DNA of 64,000 bases. It comes from a virus. The notes beneath the pieces are model-generated. The model saw nothing but the letters and a program-made list of their open reading frames with translations, was not told where the DNA came from and searched no databases. Below, one piece after another: positions 52,931 through 63,263 of this stretch. Within the stretch, counting starts at the first letter, position 1. The number at the start of each line of letters is the position of its first letter. The translations under genes and the position numbers were made by a program. The DNA lies in the IMG/VR virus record IMGVR_UViG_3300047481_001036; one strand, given 5' to 3'.

Positions 52931-53928
52931 TCGTTGACACTATCTGCTTCTAAAATAATCTCTAAAGCTAATTTAGCTACTTGTACTAAACCATTATAGT
53001 TTAGTCTATCTGAAGTATCTGTAGGTTTATGGTAGTGAATATGTGAACCAGTATGTAAGAATACAATAGGTATTCCTTTGTTATAGAAAGGAGCATGGTC
53101 GCTCCCTCCTGGCCTATATCCACTTATATTTTTTGCAAATGAGTACTTGCTGTCTAATTTAGACACTATATTTTTTAGATCTATAGCATTAGTATAATCA
53201 TATACTGTCCATATCTGGTAATTTCTACATTTTGTCATATTTTCATTATCACCATATTTACCTTTTAAATATCCTATCATATCTAAATTAATCATAGCAA
53301 TATGCTTATTAATATCCGGATCATTTAATGGGAATAATGGATTATTAGTATAATATTTGCTTCCTATCAAGCCCATCTCTTCTGCTGAATAAAATTGCAA
53401 TAAAATAGTGTGATTAAGATGAGATCTATATTTACTCAGTGCTGTGGCTATAGACATAATTCCAGCCACACCACTAGCATTATCATCAGCCCCAGGATAA
53501 TAGACATTACCAGATGATCCTAAATGATCAAAATGAGCCCCAATTACTAATAAACTATCTGACTTAATAGTAATAGGATTTATATATGCTATAATATTTT
53601 TTGTTTTTATGCCTCTCGCTAGAAATTCTTGTTCTTTATATGGAATATTTAATTTATCTAGATGGTCTTTTATATATTGTGCAGCTTTATTGTTTCCTTC
53701 TGTTCCAGTTCCTCTGCCACTATATTCTTTAGAAGCCAGAACTTCCACATATCGTTTAACGTCTTCTTTATTAATTAAGTCTATAATTTGTTCGCGTGTT
53801 AATTGTATAGATATTTGTGGCGATGGTTTAACTGGTATTTTGTCTGATATTAAATTATAAGAGAATTTGTTTGATAAATTCAATAATACTAATAAAATAA
53901 CTACTAATGCGATAATATTTTTTTTCAT
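52927..53928 (-). CDS. M28 family peptidase, exported
   Basis: N-terminal TM; GAHFDH, GADDNASG, AEEMG, NLDM, SDH, YH. Confidence 0.92.
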   Translation of the reverse strand: MKKNIIALVVILLVLLNLSNKFSYNLISDKIPVKPSPQISIQLTREQIIDLINKEDVKRYVEVLASKEYSGRGTGTEGNNKAAQYIKDHLDKLNIPYKEQEFLARGIKTKNIIAYINPITIKSDSLLVIGAHFDHLGSSGNVYYPGADDNASGVAGIMSIATALSKYRSHLNHTILLQFYSAEEMGLIGSKYYTNNPLFPLNDPDINKHIAMINLDMIGYLKGKYGDNENMTKCRNYQIWTVYDYTNAIDLKNIVSKLDSKYSFAKNISGYRPGGSDHAPFYNKGIPIVFLHTGSHIHYHKPTDTSDRLNYNGLVQVAKLALEIILEADSVND

Positions 53929-54008
53929 AATAGTCTCCTTTAAATTATTATACACAATATTAGGTGTATATAAATCTATTGGACTATAACTAAAAATAGG
54001 AGGCAAAT

Positions 54009-54497
54009 ATGAAAACCTTCGTAGCAATCTTAATGACCCTACTATTTGCTTCTTCTTCGTATGCTCTGGAAATAGTCACAGACTATGATGTGGCTATAGA
54101 ATTAGCTAAAAAAACAGAAAAAAATGTGTTATTAATTTTTAGCTTAGAAAACTGTCAGTATTGTGATCTTTTAAAAGAAGATATGCCAAATATGAGACAG
54201 ATAGACGATTATATCGTTTGTGTATTAGATTCTAGGAAAAATAAAAAGCTAACAGGAACAATGAACATAAAAAAATGGCCAACTTCTGTAGTTATGGTTA
54301 TTGGTAAAGAAAATCAAGGAGAATCCGATAGGTTAGTAGGATATTCTGGAAAAGGAAATTATGATACTTGGCTTAAAAAGAATGCTAAATTTTTTAGTGA
54401 TGATAATGTTTGTGGATGTGATTGTGTCGATACTTGTCGCTGTAGAAAAAACGGGATATGCACTTGCTGCGGTAAAACATGCAATTGTAAAAAATAA
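54009..54497 (+). CDS. Exported thioredoxin-fold protein with Cys-rich metallothionein-like tail
   Basis: Signal peptide, CQYC, WPT, C-terminal CxC repeats. Confidence 0.8.
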   Translation: MKTFVAILMTLLFASSSYALEIVTDYDVAIELAKKTEKNVLLIFSLENCQYCDLLKEDMPNMRQIDDYIVCVLDSRKNKKLTGTMNIKKWPTSVVMVIGKENQGESDRLVGYSGKGNYDTWLKKNAKFFSDDNVCGCDCVDTCRCRKNGICTCCGKTCNCKK

Positions 54498-54970
54498 TGA
54501 ATAAACAAATTATACTATTAATAGGATTATGTTTATTAGGATACTCTATATATAGTAAGTATCAAGATAATCCTTCTATCCCTATCGTTCCTGTATTAGT
54601 TCCAAATAAACCAGAGCTAAAAACAAATATATACTACGATGAGTATGAAAAATGTATACAATTATCTAAAACTTATAATAAAAAATTAGTTATAATTTTT
54701 GGAGCTGATTGGTGTCCATACTGTAAGGCGCTTAAAAAAGATATAAATAATATTACTCAGTTTATTAATTATATTGTATGTTTTATAGACACAGATAAAA
54801 ATGAAGATTTAGTAAAAAAATATCGTATTAGAGGATTACCTACATCTGTTATTATAGACTCTAAAGAAACCGAATTATCTCGTAAAACAGGCTATAAAAA
54901 TAAAGACTATGATAGATGGCTAGAAAACAATCTAGATGAGGGTAATATGTCATGGATGCCAGAAAAATAA
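54497..54970 (+). CDS. Membrane-anchored thioredoxin-fold protein
   Basis: FGADWCPYC, GLPT. Confidence 0.85.
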   Translation: MNKQIILLIGLCLLGYSIYSKYQDNPSIPIVPVLVPNKPELKTNIYYDEYEKCIQLSKTYNKKLVIIFGADWCPYCKALKKDINNITQFINYIVCFIDTDKNEDLVKKYRIRGLPTSVIIDSKETELSRKTGYKNKDYDRWLENNLDEGNMSWMPEK

Positions 54971-55743
54971 TAGTCTTTTGTTTAACTCTAATAATATTTT
55001 GTTCATCTAGTATAGGTGCGGATAGAATAGTTCCCATAGGATTAAAGTTAATCAAACTTAAAAAATATAAAAATTTTTCAGAAACTTCTATTTATAACGA
55101 AGTAATGAATTATTCTGAAAGTCCTCCGTTTGGCGATGAACATGGTAGGTCTACAAATGTTCACGAAACTGTACATGGTATTAATTCCTATATCAGAAAT
55201 AAATTTTATAAAGACAAAATAAATGGATTTTATGCTGGTTCTGGTTATGGTATTCTGGTTAAAAATCCAAAATTAAGACTCAGGCAAATTAAAGATTATG
55301 TACCTTTGTCCTTGAGAGGCTATAGATTTAATCTATATTTTGAAAAACAACTAGGAGATTGGGATGATACTCCAACATATCACATAGATGAATGGTCTGC
55401 ATATATTGCTGGAGCAGAGTGTGCTGTTGATGATGCGAATAGGGACATTTCTTTTAAAGAAAGAAGCGATAGTGTATCTGGTGCTTTGGAATTCAGTATA
55501 TATTGCACAGCACTGGCTATGGCTACAAAAGATTTAGATAAAACATATTGGGATTCAGAAGAACAATTAAAACAAACTATTAATTATTTCTTAATTAAAG
55601 CAGAAAAGGTTTTCTTTGAGGGTCAAAAATTATTTCCTTCTAAAGCACAAGATTTATTATTATATAATCTTAGAAATAGTACCGATGCTAAACCTATTAG
55701 AGATTTTTTAATAACAGAATTTGGAGGTATATTCGTTGACTAA
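54952..55743 (+). CDS. Exported protein with HExxH motif
   Basis: Signal peptide; NVHETVHGIN..DEWSAY. Confidence 0.55.
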   Translation: MDARKIIVFCLTLIIFCSSSIGADRIVPIGLKLIKLKKYKNFSETSIYNEVMNYSESPPFGDEHGRSTNVHETVHGINSYIRNKFYKDKINGFYAGSGYGILVKNPKLRLRQIKDYVPLSLRGYRFNLYFEKQLGDWDDTPTYHIDEWSAYIAGAECAVDDANRDISFKERSDSVSGALEFSIYCTALAMATKDLDKTYWDSEEQLKQTINYFLIKAEKVFFEGQKLFPSKAQDLLLYNLRNSTDAKPIRDFLITEFGGIFVD

Positions 55744-56122
55744 ATTATATTTACCAAATATGAGATTGCTAGTAGATTTACACAATGAATCTAGATCTAA
55801 AGCTTCTTGGATGTGGCAAATCTCTCCACTGATAATGGATGATCAATTAATGTTATATGCTCAAGACTGGGCTGATTGGATGGCAGAGAATAATAGGATG
55901 GTACATAGCAGTATGAGAAAAATTATGAATCTAGGTTTTAATAGAGCAGGAGAAAACATTGCTTGGGGACAAGAAAATGAGCAAAGCGTAATGAAAGCAT
56001 GGTTATGGAGTCCTGGACATAGAGCTAATATTATGAGTACTTCTTATACTAGAATTGGGTGTGCTGCTACTTATAGTAAATATGATAGGTTGTACTGGTG
56101 TGTTTGTTTTGGAAGAAATTAA
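55721..56122 (+). CDS. CAP (SCP) domain protein
   Basis: HN..R, AGENIAWG, W..SPGHRANI, YW...FG. Confidence 0.9.
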   Translation: MEVYSLTKLYLPNMRLLVDLHNESRSKASWMWQISPLIMDDQLMLYAQDWADWMAENNRMVHSSMRKIMNLGFNRAGENIAWGQENEQSVMKAWLWSPGHRANIMSTSYTRIGCAATYSKYDRLYWCVCFGRN

Positions 56123-56317
56123 GGATTTAAACAACCTACTGGTTTTGAGAGCAATGATTTAAAAAAGCTGTCAGAACTGATTCTAAGCGGTTCAAATTTT
56201 TTCAAGTCCAGCAGTTGACAAACCCGATACCAATGATAGAATGAATGAGTCGATCAGAGGTTTCGGTCGTGTGACTGACTTAAGGATCGATTGGATTAAA
56301 GATTTTGGAGGTTGATT

Positions 56318-56599
56318 ATGGCTGAAGTTACTACTCTTGATAAGCAGACCAGAGTGCGTTGTTCTGACGAAAAGTTTCTTGAAGCAGTTTTTTCCAGCAA
56401 GACTTATGCTGAGATTGCTACTAAGACAGGTCAGAAGGTTGCTAGCACAATGGCTCGTTATGCTCGTACCAAGGCTGCACTGTCCAAGAAGGGTATTGAA
56501 CTGCCCGCTATGGAACGTGCGAAGCCTACAAAGACAGTTGACAATGTTGAGGCTATGGCTCAGGTTGTGGCTCGTCTTAAGGCCCATGCTAACGGTTGA
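56318..56599 (+). CDS. Small basic putative DNA-binding (HTH-like) protein
   Basis: TYAEIATKTG..ST..R; SD GGAGG; promoter at 56215. Confidence 0.55.
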   Translation: MAEVTTLDKQTRVRCSDEKFLEAVFSSKTYAEIATKTGQKVASTMARYARTKAALSKKGIELPAMERAKPTKTVDNVEAMAQVVARLKAHANG

Positions 56600-56693
56600 T
56601 TAAAAAACTAAAGACTCCGACTACATAAGTTAAGTGAGAGGCACACAAGTATAGTCAACCTCAAATCTATGACTTGTGTAGTCGGGGGATTAT

Positions 56694-56979
56694 GGCCTCT
56701 TGGCGTAATAGGCAGCCGCAACGGACTTATACAATTTGAGTGCTTAGGAGGAAACCCCTAAAGTAGAATCGCTTAAATTCGGTGAAAGCTTAACTGCTAA
56801 TACCGAGCCAAGTCTGAGTAATCAGAAAGGTGTAGAGACTAAACAGGCGATACCTAAAACTAGAAGTAGTTAAGGTAAAGATATAGTCCAGACCACAAAC
56901 AGAAATGGCAACGAAAGTTGTAGTGGTAAGAAAATCCGTTGGGAGTAATCCCGTGTGGGTTCAAGTCCCACAGAGGCCA
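56694..56979 (+). tRNA. trnL: tRNA-Leu(TAA), intron-containing (exons 56694-56728, 56931-56979)
   Basis: GGCCTCT/AGAGGCC; spliced anticodon arm ACGGA-CTTAAAA-TCCGT. Confidence 0.93.
56729..56930 (+). mobile_element. Group I intron (trnL-UAA type), 202 nt
   Basis: P AATTCGGTGAAA, Q AATACCGAGCC, R GTAGAGACTA, S AAGATATAGTCC; terminal G; inserted after U34. Confidence 0.92.
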
Positions 56980-57004
56980 CTGTAGTGTGATAAGTAGAGA
57001 AATA

Positions 57005-57047
57005 AATCTCTTTGGTGTAGTCTAAATTAGACTACATCAAGGAGATT
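57005..57047 (+). promoter_or_regulatory. 20-bp hairpin sequestering the HNH ribosome-binding site
   Basis: AATCTCTTTGGTGTAGTCTA-aat-TAGACTACATCAAGGAGATT. Confidence 0.8.
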
Positions 57048-57050
57048 ATT

Positions 57051-57527
57051 ATGAAAAAATGTCGTAAGTGTCAACAAGAGTTTCCTAATAGAATAAAAGT
57101 TAATGGATCAATAAAAGTCTTAAACAGAAGAAAATATTGTTTGGAATGTTCCCCATTCGGACAAAGAAACACTAGGAAACTACATCTTCCTCAAACTCAA
57201 AGAGATAAAAATACCAAAAAGAATTGCCCTCAATGCGGAAGAGATTTTAAATGGAACAAAAACAATGTTTGTTGGACCTGTAGATCTTTTAATAGAAGAA
57301 AAAATAATAGATCTAAAGGACTCAAATATCTAGGAGCTAAATGTAAACGCTGTAAAAACAAAGATATTGAAGTATTAACTTTTCATCATACTGATCGGGA
57401 AAATAAATATGATAATCTATCAAGCTTATGGCATCGAGAATGGTCTATTATACAAACAGAATTAGACAAATGCGAACTTCTTTGTGCCAATTGTCACATG
57501 AAATTACATAGAAAAGAAAACTTATGA
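57051..57527 (+). CDS. HNH homing endonuclease
   Basis: CxxC repeats; CKRC..LTFHH..ELDKCELLCANCH. Confidence 0.85.
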   Translation: MKKCRKCQQEFPNRIKVNGSIKVLNRRKYCLECSPFGQRNTRKLHLPQTQRDKNTKKNCPQCGRDFKWNKNNVCWTCRSFNRRKNNRSKGLKYLGAKCKRCKNKDIEVLTFHHTDRENKYDNLSSLWHREWSIIQTELDKCELLCANCHMKLHRKENL

Positions 57528-58741
57528 CATTCGATCAATGGCTCCATCAAGACGAAGGGTTTGGCCCAAGAATAGATCGAATGATGGATGATATAAAAGT
57601 TTCTGTTGAACAAGAACGAACAGACTCTATAATTAAGTGGCTCATGGCAGCGTATACTATGGGTCATGGTCAGGGATATGATATAGGATATTCAGATGGT
57701 TATAACGACTGTGAAGAAAGTAAGGACATATAATGACTAAAAACACACTAGAAATCTATAAAATAGGTAGTAAGGTTAAATTGGCTGACGATATACATGG
57801 TTCTATCACAGCAATTTGTATTCGTGGTAATAATTATATAACATATGAATGTAGTTGGTGGAACGGCCGCTCCCACGATAATAAGTGGTTTTATGCTGAT
57901 GAGATAGAGGTTACTACTGGCGAAAAAACAAAAATAGGCTTTGCATAAATATGTTAGAGTATTCTAATCCATTAGACTATATCTTGCGTTGTACAGAACA
58001 GGGCTTGGTTCCTAAGTTATTTACTGTGCAAAATGCTAAAGATGAACTTAAAAAACTTAGGCAACAGCTAGAAGCATTTAAAGTAGTAGCATATGGAAAA
58101 ATCAATCATAATAATGATTTATATGATTTAAGACTACAAAATAATCCATATGATGATCAACAAAAAGTAATTTACTTATATTCTAATACTTTAAATAGTA
58201 ATAAAAATGGTTAGTTTACCTAATAGACTATTCAGAGGAATTGTTAAAAATCCTACGGAAAAATATAAGCATCCAAACTTTCAATATATCATAGTAGATA
58301 CTGTCAGAGAAATACAAGATATTGAAGGAAACTGGCATACCGATAGTTTTGAGTCTTATGATGAGTATCTTTTGCATAATCCCGATTATGGAGATATATT
58401 TTATGTTGTATACGGATCTTATTGGATCGATATTCCGTTAAGTAGTATTAAAATTACTGAAACAGATAGTTTAAATCAGGCCATAAATATAGCTGAAGCT
58501 ATTATGGGATCTTCTATAACAGAAATAGCACTACTTAAAAAGTAATAAGGTAAATATTATGTCAAATAATCAGACTCCTAATTTAGAGGCTGTTATAGAT
58601 TTTGCTTGGGCTTCTGGTGCTTCTATAGAACTAATAAATGAAGCAAAAAGGGAACTAAAAAATTTGGTAGAGTCTTTGCTATTATCAAAAACAATACTAG
58701 ATTAAATTAATACGATAACTAATTACTATAAAGGATAAATT

Positions 58742-59089
58742 ATGCCATATATTAAAGAAGAAAACAGGGCTCAATTAGATGGATGTATAGAGGATATGAT
58801 GTATTGTTTGCGTGGTAATGTTAGTCCAAACACAGATAATCCCCACTCAAATCCCTATAAAGAGAAACTAACTAATGACGAGTTTTTAACAATATGTGGG
58901 GATATCAATTATGCTTTTTCTCGGATTATATCGGGAGTAATGGGTGATGTTTCATATCCTAAGATTGCTATCATTACTGGTGTATTAGAGAATATCAAGC
59001 AAGAATTTTATAGGCGTATAGCATCCGTATATGAAGATCAAAAAATCATTCAAAATGGCGATATACCAGAATACAAAAGGAGAAGCTAA
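58742..59089 (+). CDS. Conserved phage protein (MPYIK...R family)
   Basis: MPYIKEENR..GDINY..GVLE..KQEFYRR..YED.KI..NGD. Confidence 0.75.
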   Translation: MPYIKEENRAQLDGCIEDMMYCLRGNVSPNTDNPHSNPYKEKLTNDEFLTICGDINYAFSRIISGVMGDVSYPKIAIITGVLENIKQEFYRRIASVYEDQKIIQNGDIPEYKRRS

Positions 59090-59712
59090 TGTCTAAAGAT
59101 ATTAATGACATTATGAAGGAAGTAATTAAAAGCGGAAAAGAGATACATAGAGTAGATACTAAATTTTCTAAAGAAATCATTGGTCTTCAAAAAGATGTAG
59201 AAGGCTTACATAAAGATATAAAAGTAATTGCTTCCAAAATAGATCTAATTTTAGACCTATTAAATAGTTTAACTATCTTTATAGAAGAAGAAGATGAGTC
59301 TTTAGATGACGATGACGATGAATATCAATCTAATGAGGGCTGGCTACCAGAAGTTAATAATTGGGAAGAAAAATACTTGGAAGATGAAGATGAAGAGGAA
59401 TTAGATGGCTAGTTTGGCTTTATTAGCTTCTCTAGTATTTTTATTGATTCTGTTTATTGGTCCAATTACTTATTTTTTGACTAAAATAGGATTACCTTCA
59501 TTTATAATATGGATTTTAGCAAGTTTTTGTATTGTTTCGGGATGCTGGTTTGCTATAACTTTGCCTCATATATTTTATATAGGACTTATTCCTATATATT
59601 ATGGTTATATCAGTATTACAGCAACTAGCCAGAAATACTGATGCTTGACAAAGGGCAAAGTCGATAGTATACTTGGGAGATCACGGGTTAAACGACACTT
59701 TGGAGATTTAAA

Positions 59713-62367
59713 ATGAAGTTGGCAGACAGGACAGTTGAAATTCATTCTGCGGGTATTCAGTCCGCTAATCAGTTTAGTATCGCACAGACCAGCAAAATGT
59801 TTAAAATCCTTTCGGATTCTCTATATTCCGATAAGGTTATGGCGGTTATTCGTGAGTTGAGTACCAACGCTTACGACGCACATATTGCTGCAAAAAATCA
59901 GAATCCTTTTAAGGTTACTCTACCAACACAAACAAATCCTTCTTTTACAGTAAGAGACTTTGGCACTGGTCTTAGTCAGGCCGATATGGAGGAATTGTAT
60001 ACCACATACGGAGCCTCTAACAAAAACGATAGCAATGATTTTGTTGGTTGTCTTGGTCTTGGTAGTAAAAGCCCGTTTGCTTATACCAAGAGCTTTAGTA
60101 CTATTTCTTATTATAATGGTAAGAAGCTCTCTTATATCGCCGCTATGGATGAATCTGGGGTTCCTAGTCTGAATCTTATTAAAGTATCAGATACTAGTGA
60201 ACCTAATGGTCTTGAAATTAGTTTTGCTGTAAAACAATTTGATTTTCATGAGTTTACATCTAAGGCAAAGAGAATCTTTCATTATTTCAAACTTAAGCCG
60301 ATCATTAATGGCGGTGTTTGCTCATCGGTAAATGATGGTTCTTATTCTCATACCAATATTGTAATCGATGGTAAGGGATGGAAGATTGGTCGAGTTAGTA
60401 ACGACCATACTAAATATCCTAGCAGTCATAATAGTCCCGGTAGTGGTGTTGTTGCTATCATGGGTAATATTGCATATCCAGTAGATTCTAGCAAGATTAT
60501 TGGTGAGGAAAGGCCAGATCAACCAGACCACATTCAGAAGTGGAATAGAGCCTTTGGTAAGGCAGACGTTGATAACTGGAAGCATCTAGTTCAAGAGATT
60601 CTTAATGCTGGATTGTATCTTGAGATCCAATTTGGTATTGGTGAACTAGAAATGGATGTAAGCAGAGAGGGTTTGCAGTATACCAAGCAAGTTATCAAAG
60701 CACTCAGAGAAAAAACTCAAGATATTTATTTGCAACTTAAACAGGATATGAGCGATAAGTTGTCTACTGCCAAGAATTTGGTCGAGGCTTATCAAACATA
60801 TTATAATCTGAGTGATCTTGCTGGAGGCTGGACTGCTGGTGCATCTTGGAAAGACCCTAATGGCAAGACGCATGAGTTGCAGTCTGGAAAAGATCTAGAG
60901 TATACTCTTAAAAAGAGTAAGCAATTGTATGTGTTTAACTTTAGAACTGCTGGTTATCGCTCTCGCAGAATGGTTTATCTAACGGACAAAATCCATTCTG
61001 AAACATTGAATGGTAAAGGTGCGTATTACTGGCAGAATAACCGTAAGACCAATCCTATTGCTTTCTTTGTTTGTGATGTTAAGGGAGAAGAGTCTGCTAA
61101 GAAGATCGTGACAAAGTATTGTAATCAGAATGATTGCTATGCTTATCTAATGATTGATAGCGACCATCCAGAAGATTCATCTGAAGGTTTTGATAAGATC
61201 GTCGCTGATATTGGGGGCGAATCAAATCTACTTAAAGTATCGGATTATCGTAGTCTGCTGGCTAGTGTAAACCCCCGTAAAAGCAGGGGTTCTACCGGAA
61301 CTATTAGTAAGGATGAAATCTTTGCTATTACTGATCTAGGAGCAGATAAGGATTGCAAGGTCTTGGGCGGAAATGATCTTAATGATTCTGGCTTCCTAAA
61401 GGAACTGTCAGAAACTCTAGTAGACTATATCGAAGATGGGGATAATGAGATTGTATATATTCCGATTGTTAGATATTCTTCTGTTGAAGGTTATCCTGCT
61501 ATCAACAAAATTGTTGCTCTTGCTCGGGACGAAAATATCGTTATCGGTAAGAAACTTTTTGATAGTCAGAAGATTTTTGCGATCAAGCAAAGTTCGGTTG
61601 ATAAACTCAAGAAAAATGGTATCAATCTGGTAACTTTTAATGAATGGTTTAAAAAGTATGTGCAGAAGATTGAATCTAAACTCTCAGAAAGTGTTTCAGT
61701 ATACAAAGATGTGATCGAGTATTGTCAAAAAGAGTTTGAGAGTAACGATCCTGCTTATAACGGCGGTTATTACTACGGTTGTAAGCAATCAGATAGACAG
61801 ATTATGTATCATATCTTTAATATTTTTGGTTTGGATTATGCCAAGCATATTAAGAATCAGGATATGATTGAATTGATTGACCAATGGCTTCTGATAGAGT
61901 TCTTTACTGATACTATCAATAAAGATCAATTTGATATCAGAAGGTTTGATAAAACAGAATACTTTGTTTTGTTGACCAAGATACTGGCTAAATATGAACT
62001 TAACGGACTTGATCCTGCAAAAATTAGGACTAATCATATTAGTCTAAAGGTGTTGCATCATAAGTTGTCCGATATGTACGGTGCTGAAACCAACCCTATA
62101 ACAAAGTCCTTGTCTCATAAGAGCAATTCTAATATTGTAGCCAAATTGCCGAAGATGAGCGAACTGAGAAAAAATCTTAAAGAACAGGTTGACAAAGCAC
62201 CGATGTTGAAGTATATTGTGGGTGTGAGCGAGACTAATGGTAATATCCGAAGTCTCCATAGTCAGAATCCTATCAAGGCTTTTTCCGATAGTTATAGAGG
62301 CAAGCCGGAATGGGTTTCTAAAATTGATGCGGAAGCATTTAGACAAAGTTTGGGTAGTTTGATTTAA
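59713..62367 (+). CDS. rIIA: rIIA-like protein (GHKL ATPase N-terminus)
   Basis: LYSDK..AVIRELSTNAYDAH, VRDFGTGL, G.LGLGSKSPFAY, SREGL.Y. Confidence 0.9.
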   Translation: MKLADRTVEIHSAGIQSANQFSIAQTSKMFKILSDSLYSDKVMAVIRELSTNAYDAHIAAKNQNPFKVTLPTQTNPSFTVRDFGTGLSQADMEELYTTYGASNKNDSNDFVGCLGLGSKSPFAYTKSFSTISYYNGKKLSYIAAMDESGVPSLNLIKVSDTSEPNGLEISFAVKQFDFHEFTSKAKRIFHYFKLKPIINGGVCSSVNDGSYSHTNIVIDGKGWKIGRVSNDHTKYPSSHNSPGSGVVAIMGNIAYPVDSSKIIGEERPDQPDHIQKWNRAFGKADVDNWKHLVQEILNAGLYLEIQFGIGELEMDVSREGLQYTKQVIKALREKTQDIYLQLKQDMSDKLSTAKNLVEAYQTYYNLSDLAGGWTAGASWKDPNGKTHELQSGKDLEYTLKKSKQLYVFNFRTAGYRSRRMVYLTDKIHSETLNGKGAYYWQNNRKTNPIAFFVCDVKGEESAKKIVTKYCNQNDCYAYLMIDSDHPEDSSEGFDKIVADIGGESNLLKVSDYRSLLASVNPRKSRGSTGTISKDEIFAITDLGADKDCKVLGGNDLNDSGFLKELSETLVDYIEDGDNEIVYIPIVRYSSVEGYPAINKIVALARDENIVIGKKLFDSQKIFAIKQSSVDKLKKNGINLVTFNEWFKKYVQKIESKLSESVSVYKDVIEYCQKEFESNDPAYNGGYYYGCKQSDRQIMYHIFNIFGLDYAKHIKNQDMIELIDQWLLIEFFTDTINKDQFDIRRFDKTEYFVLLTKILAKYELNGLDPAKIRTNHISLKVLHHKLSDMYGAETNPITKSLSHKSNSNIVAKLPKMSELRKNLKEQVDKAPMLKYIVGVSETNGNIRSLHSQNPIKAFSDSYRGKPEWVSKIDAEAFRQSLGSLI

Positions 62368-62393
62368 TTTCACAGGAAAACAGGAGAAGAATA

Positions 62394-63254
62394 ATGAGTG
62401 TTCCTTTTATGTGGGTTGACGGTAATCTGACTCTGATCCTTAATAATAAGGCTCATCAGATTCTTCCAGATCACCTTAATTATAAGCTGATTATGGAAAG
62501 GCTGAGTTCTGCTACGGAAGATGAATTGCTGGAGTTGGTGGATATTGAAAGTGCCGTAGCATCATTTAGTGATGGTGCTGTAGAGGTTAAGAATGGCAAG
62601 GTGTTCTATGATGGCGAAGAAGTTCATGGTGCTATCAGCAAGCGTATTCTTGAGTTTATGAGCAAGGGTCTGCCTTTCCAGCCGCTTGTTAATTTTCTCA
62701 ATAATCTGATGGACAATCCAAGTATGCAGAGCCAGACAGAACTATATGATTTTCTTGAGCATCAATATCTGCCGATTACTGAGGATGGTCACTTTCTAGC
62801 ATATAAGGCAGTACGCAGCGATTATATGGATAAGTATCGTGGTACATTTGATAATCATGTTGGTAATGTTTGTGAAATGAAACGAGCAAAGGTTGACGAT
62901 AATCGCGGAGTTGGTTGCTCTCAGGGTCTTCACGCTGGGGCTTTGAATTATGTTGCTGGCTATGGTAGTGTCGAGGCCGGTGATAAGATTGTTATTGTTA
63001 AGATTAATCCCAAGGATGTTGTTAGTGTTCCCAATGACTGCAACTGCGAAAAACTTCGTACTTGCAGATATGAAGTAGTTGGAGAATATCAAGGTGAACT
63101 TCTTAAGCCACTCTATAAGAGCGACTTTAGTGAAGATGAATACTATGATGAAGAAGAGAGTCTTTATGACGAATATGACAATGATTATTGGGATCAGTTC
63201 TATGAGGACGATGATGAAGAAGAAGATGATTACGAAGACGAAGATCAGTATTGA
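62394..63254 (+). CDS. rIIB: rIIB-like protein with acidic tail
   Basis: NPS..ELYDFL..LPITEDG.FLAYK, CS.GLH, INP.DVVSVP, RTCRYEV. Confidence 0.9.
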   Translation: MSVPFMWVDGNLTLILNNKAHQILPDHLNYKLIMERLSSATEDELLELVDIESAVASFSDGAVEVKNGKVFYDGEEVHGAISKRILEFMSKGLPFQPLVNFLNNLMDNPSMQSQTELYDFLEHQYLPITEDGHFLAYKAVRSDYMDKYRGTFDNHVGNVCEMKRAKVDDNRGVGCSQGLHAGALNYVAGYGSVEAGDKIVIVKINPKDVVSVPNDCNCEKLRTCRYEVVGEYQGELLKPLYKSDFSEDEYYDEEESLYDEYDNDYWDQFYEDDDEEEDDYEDEDQY

Positions 63255-63263
63255 TCTTTAATA

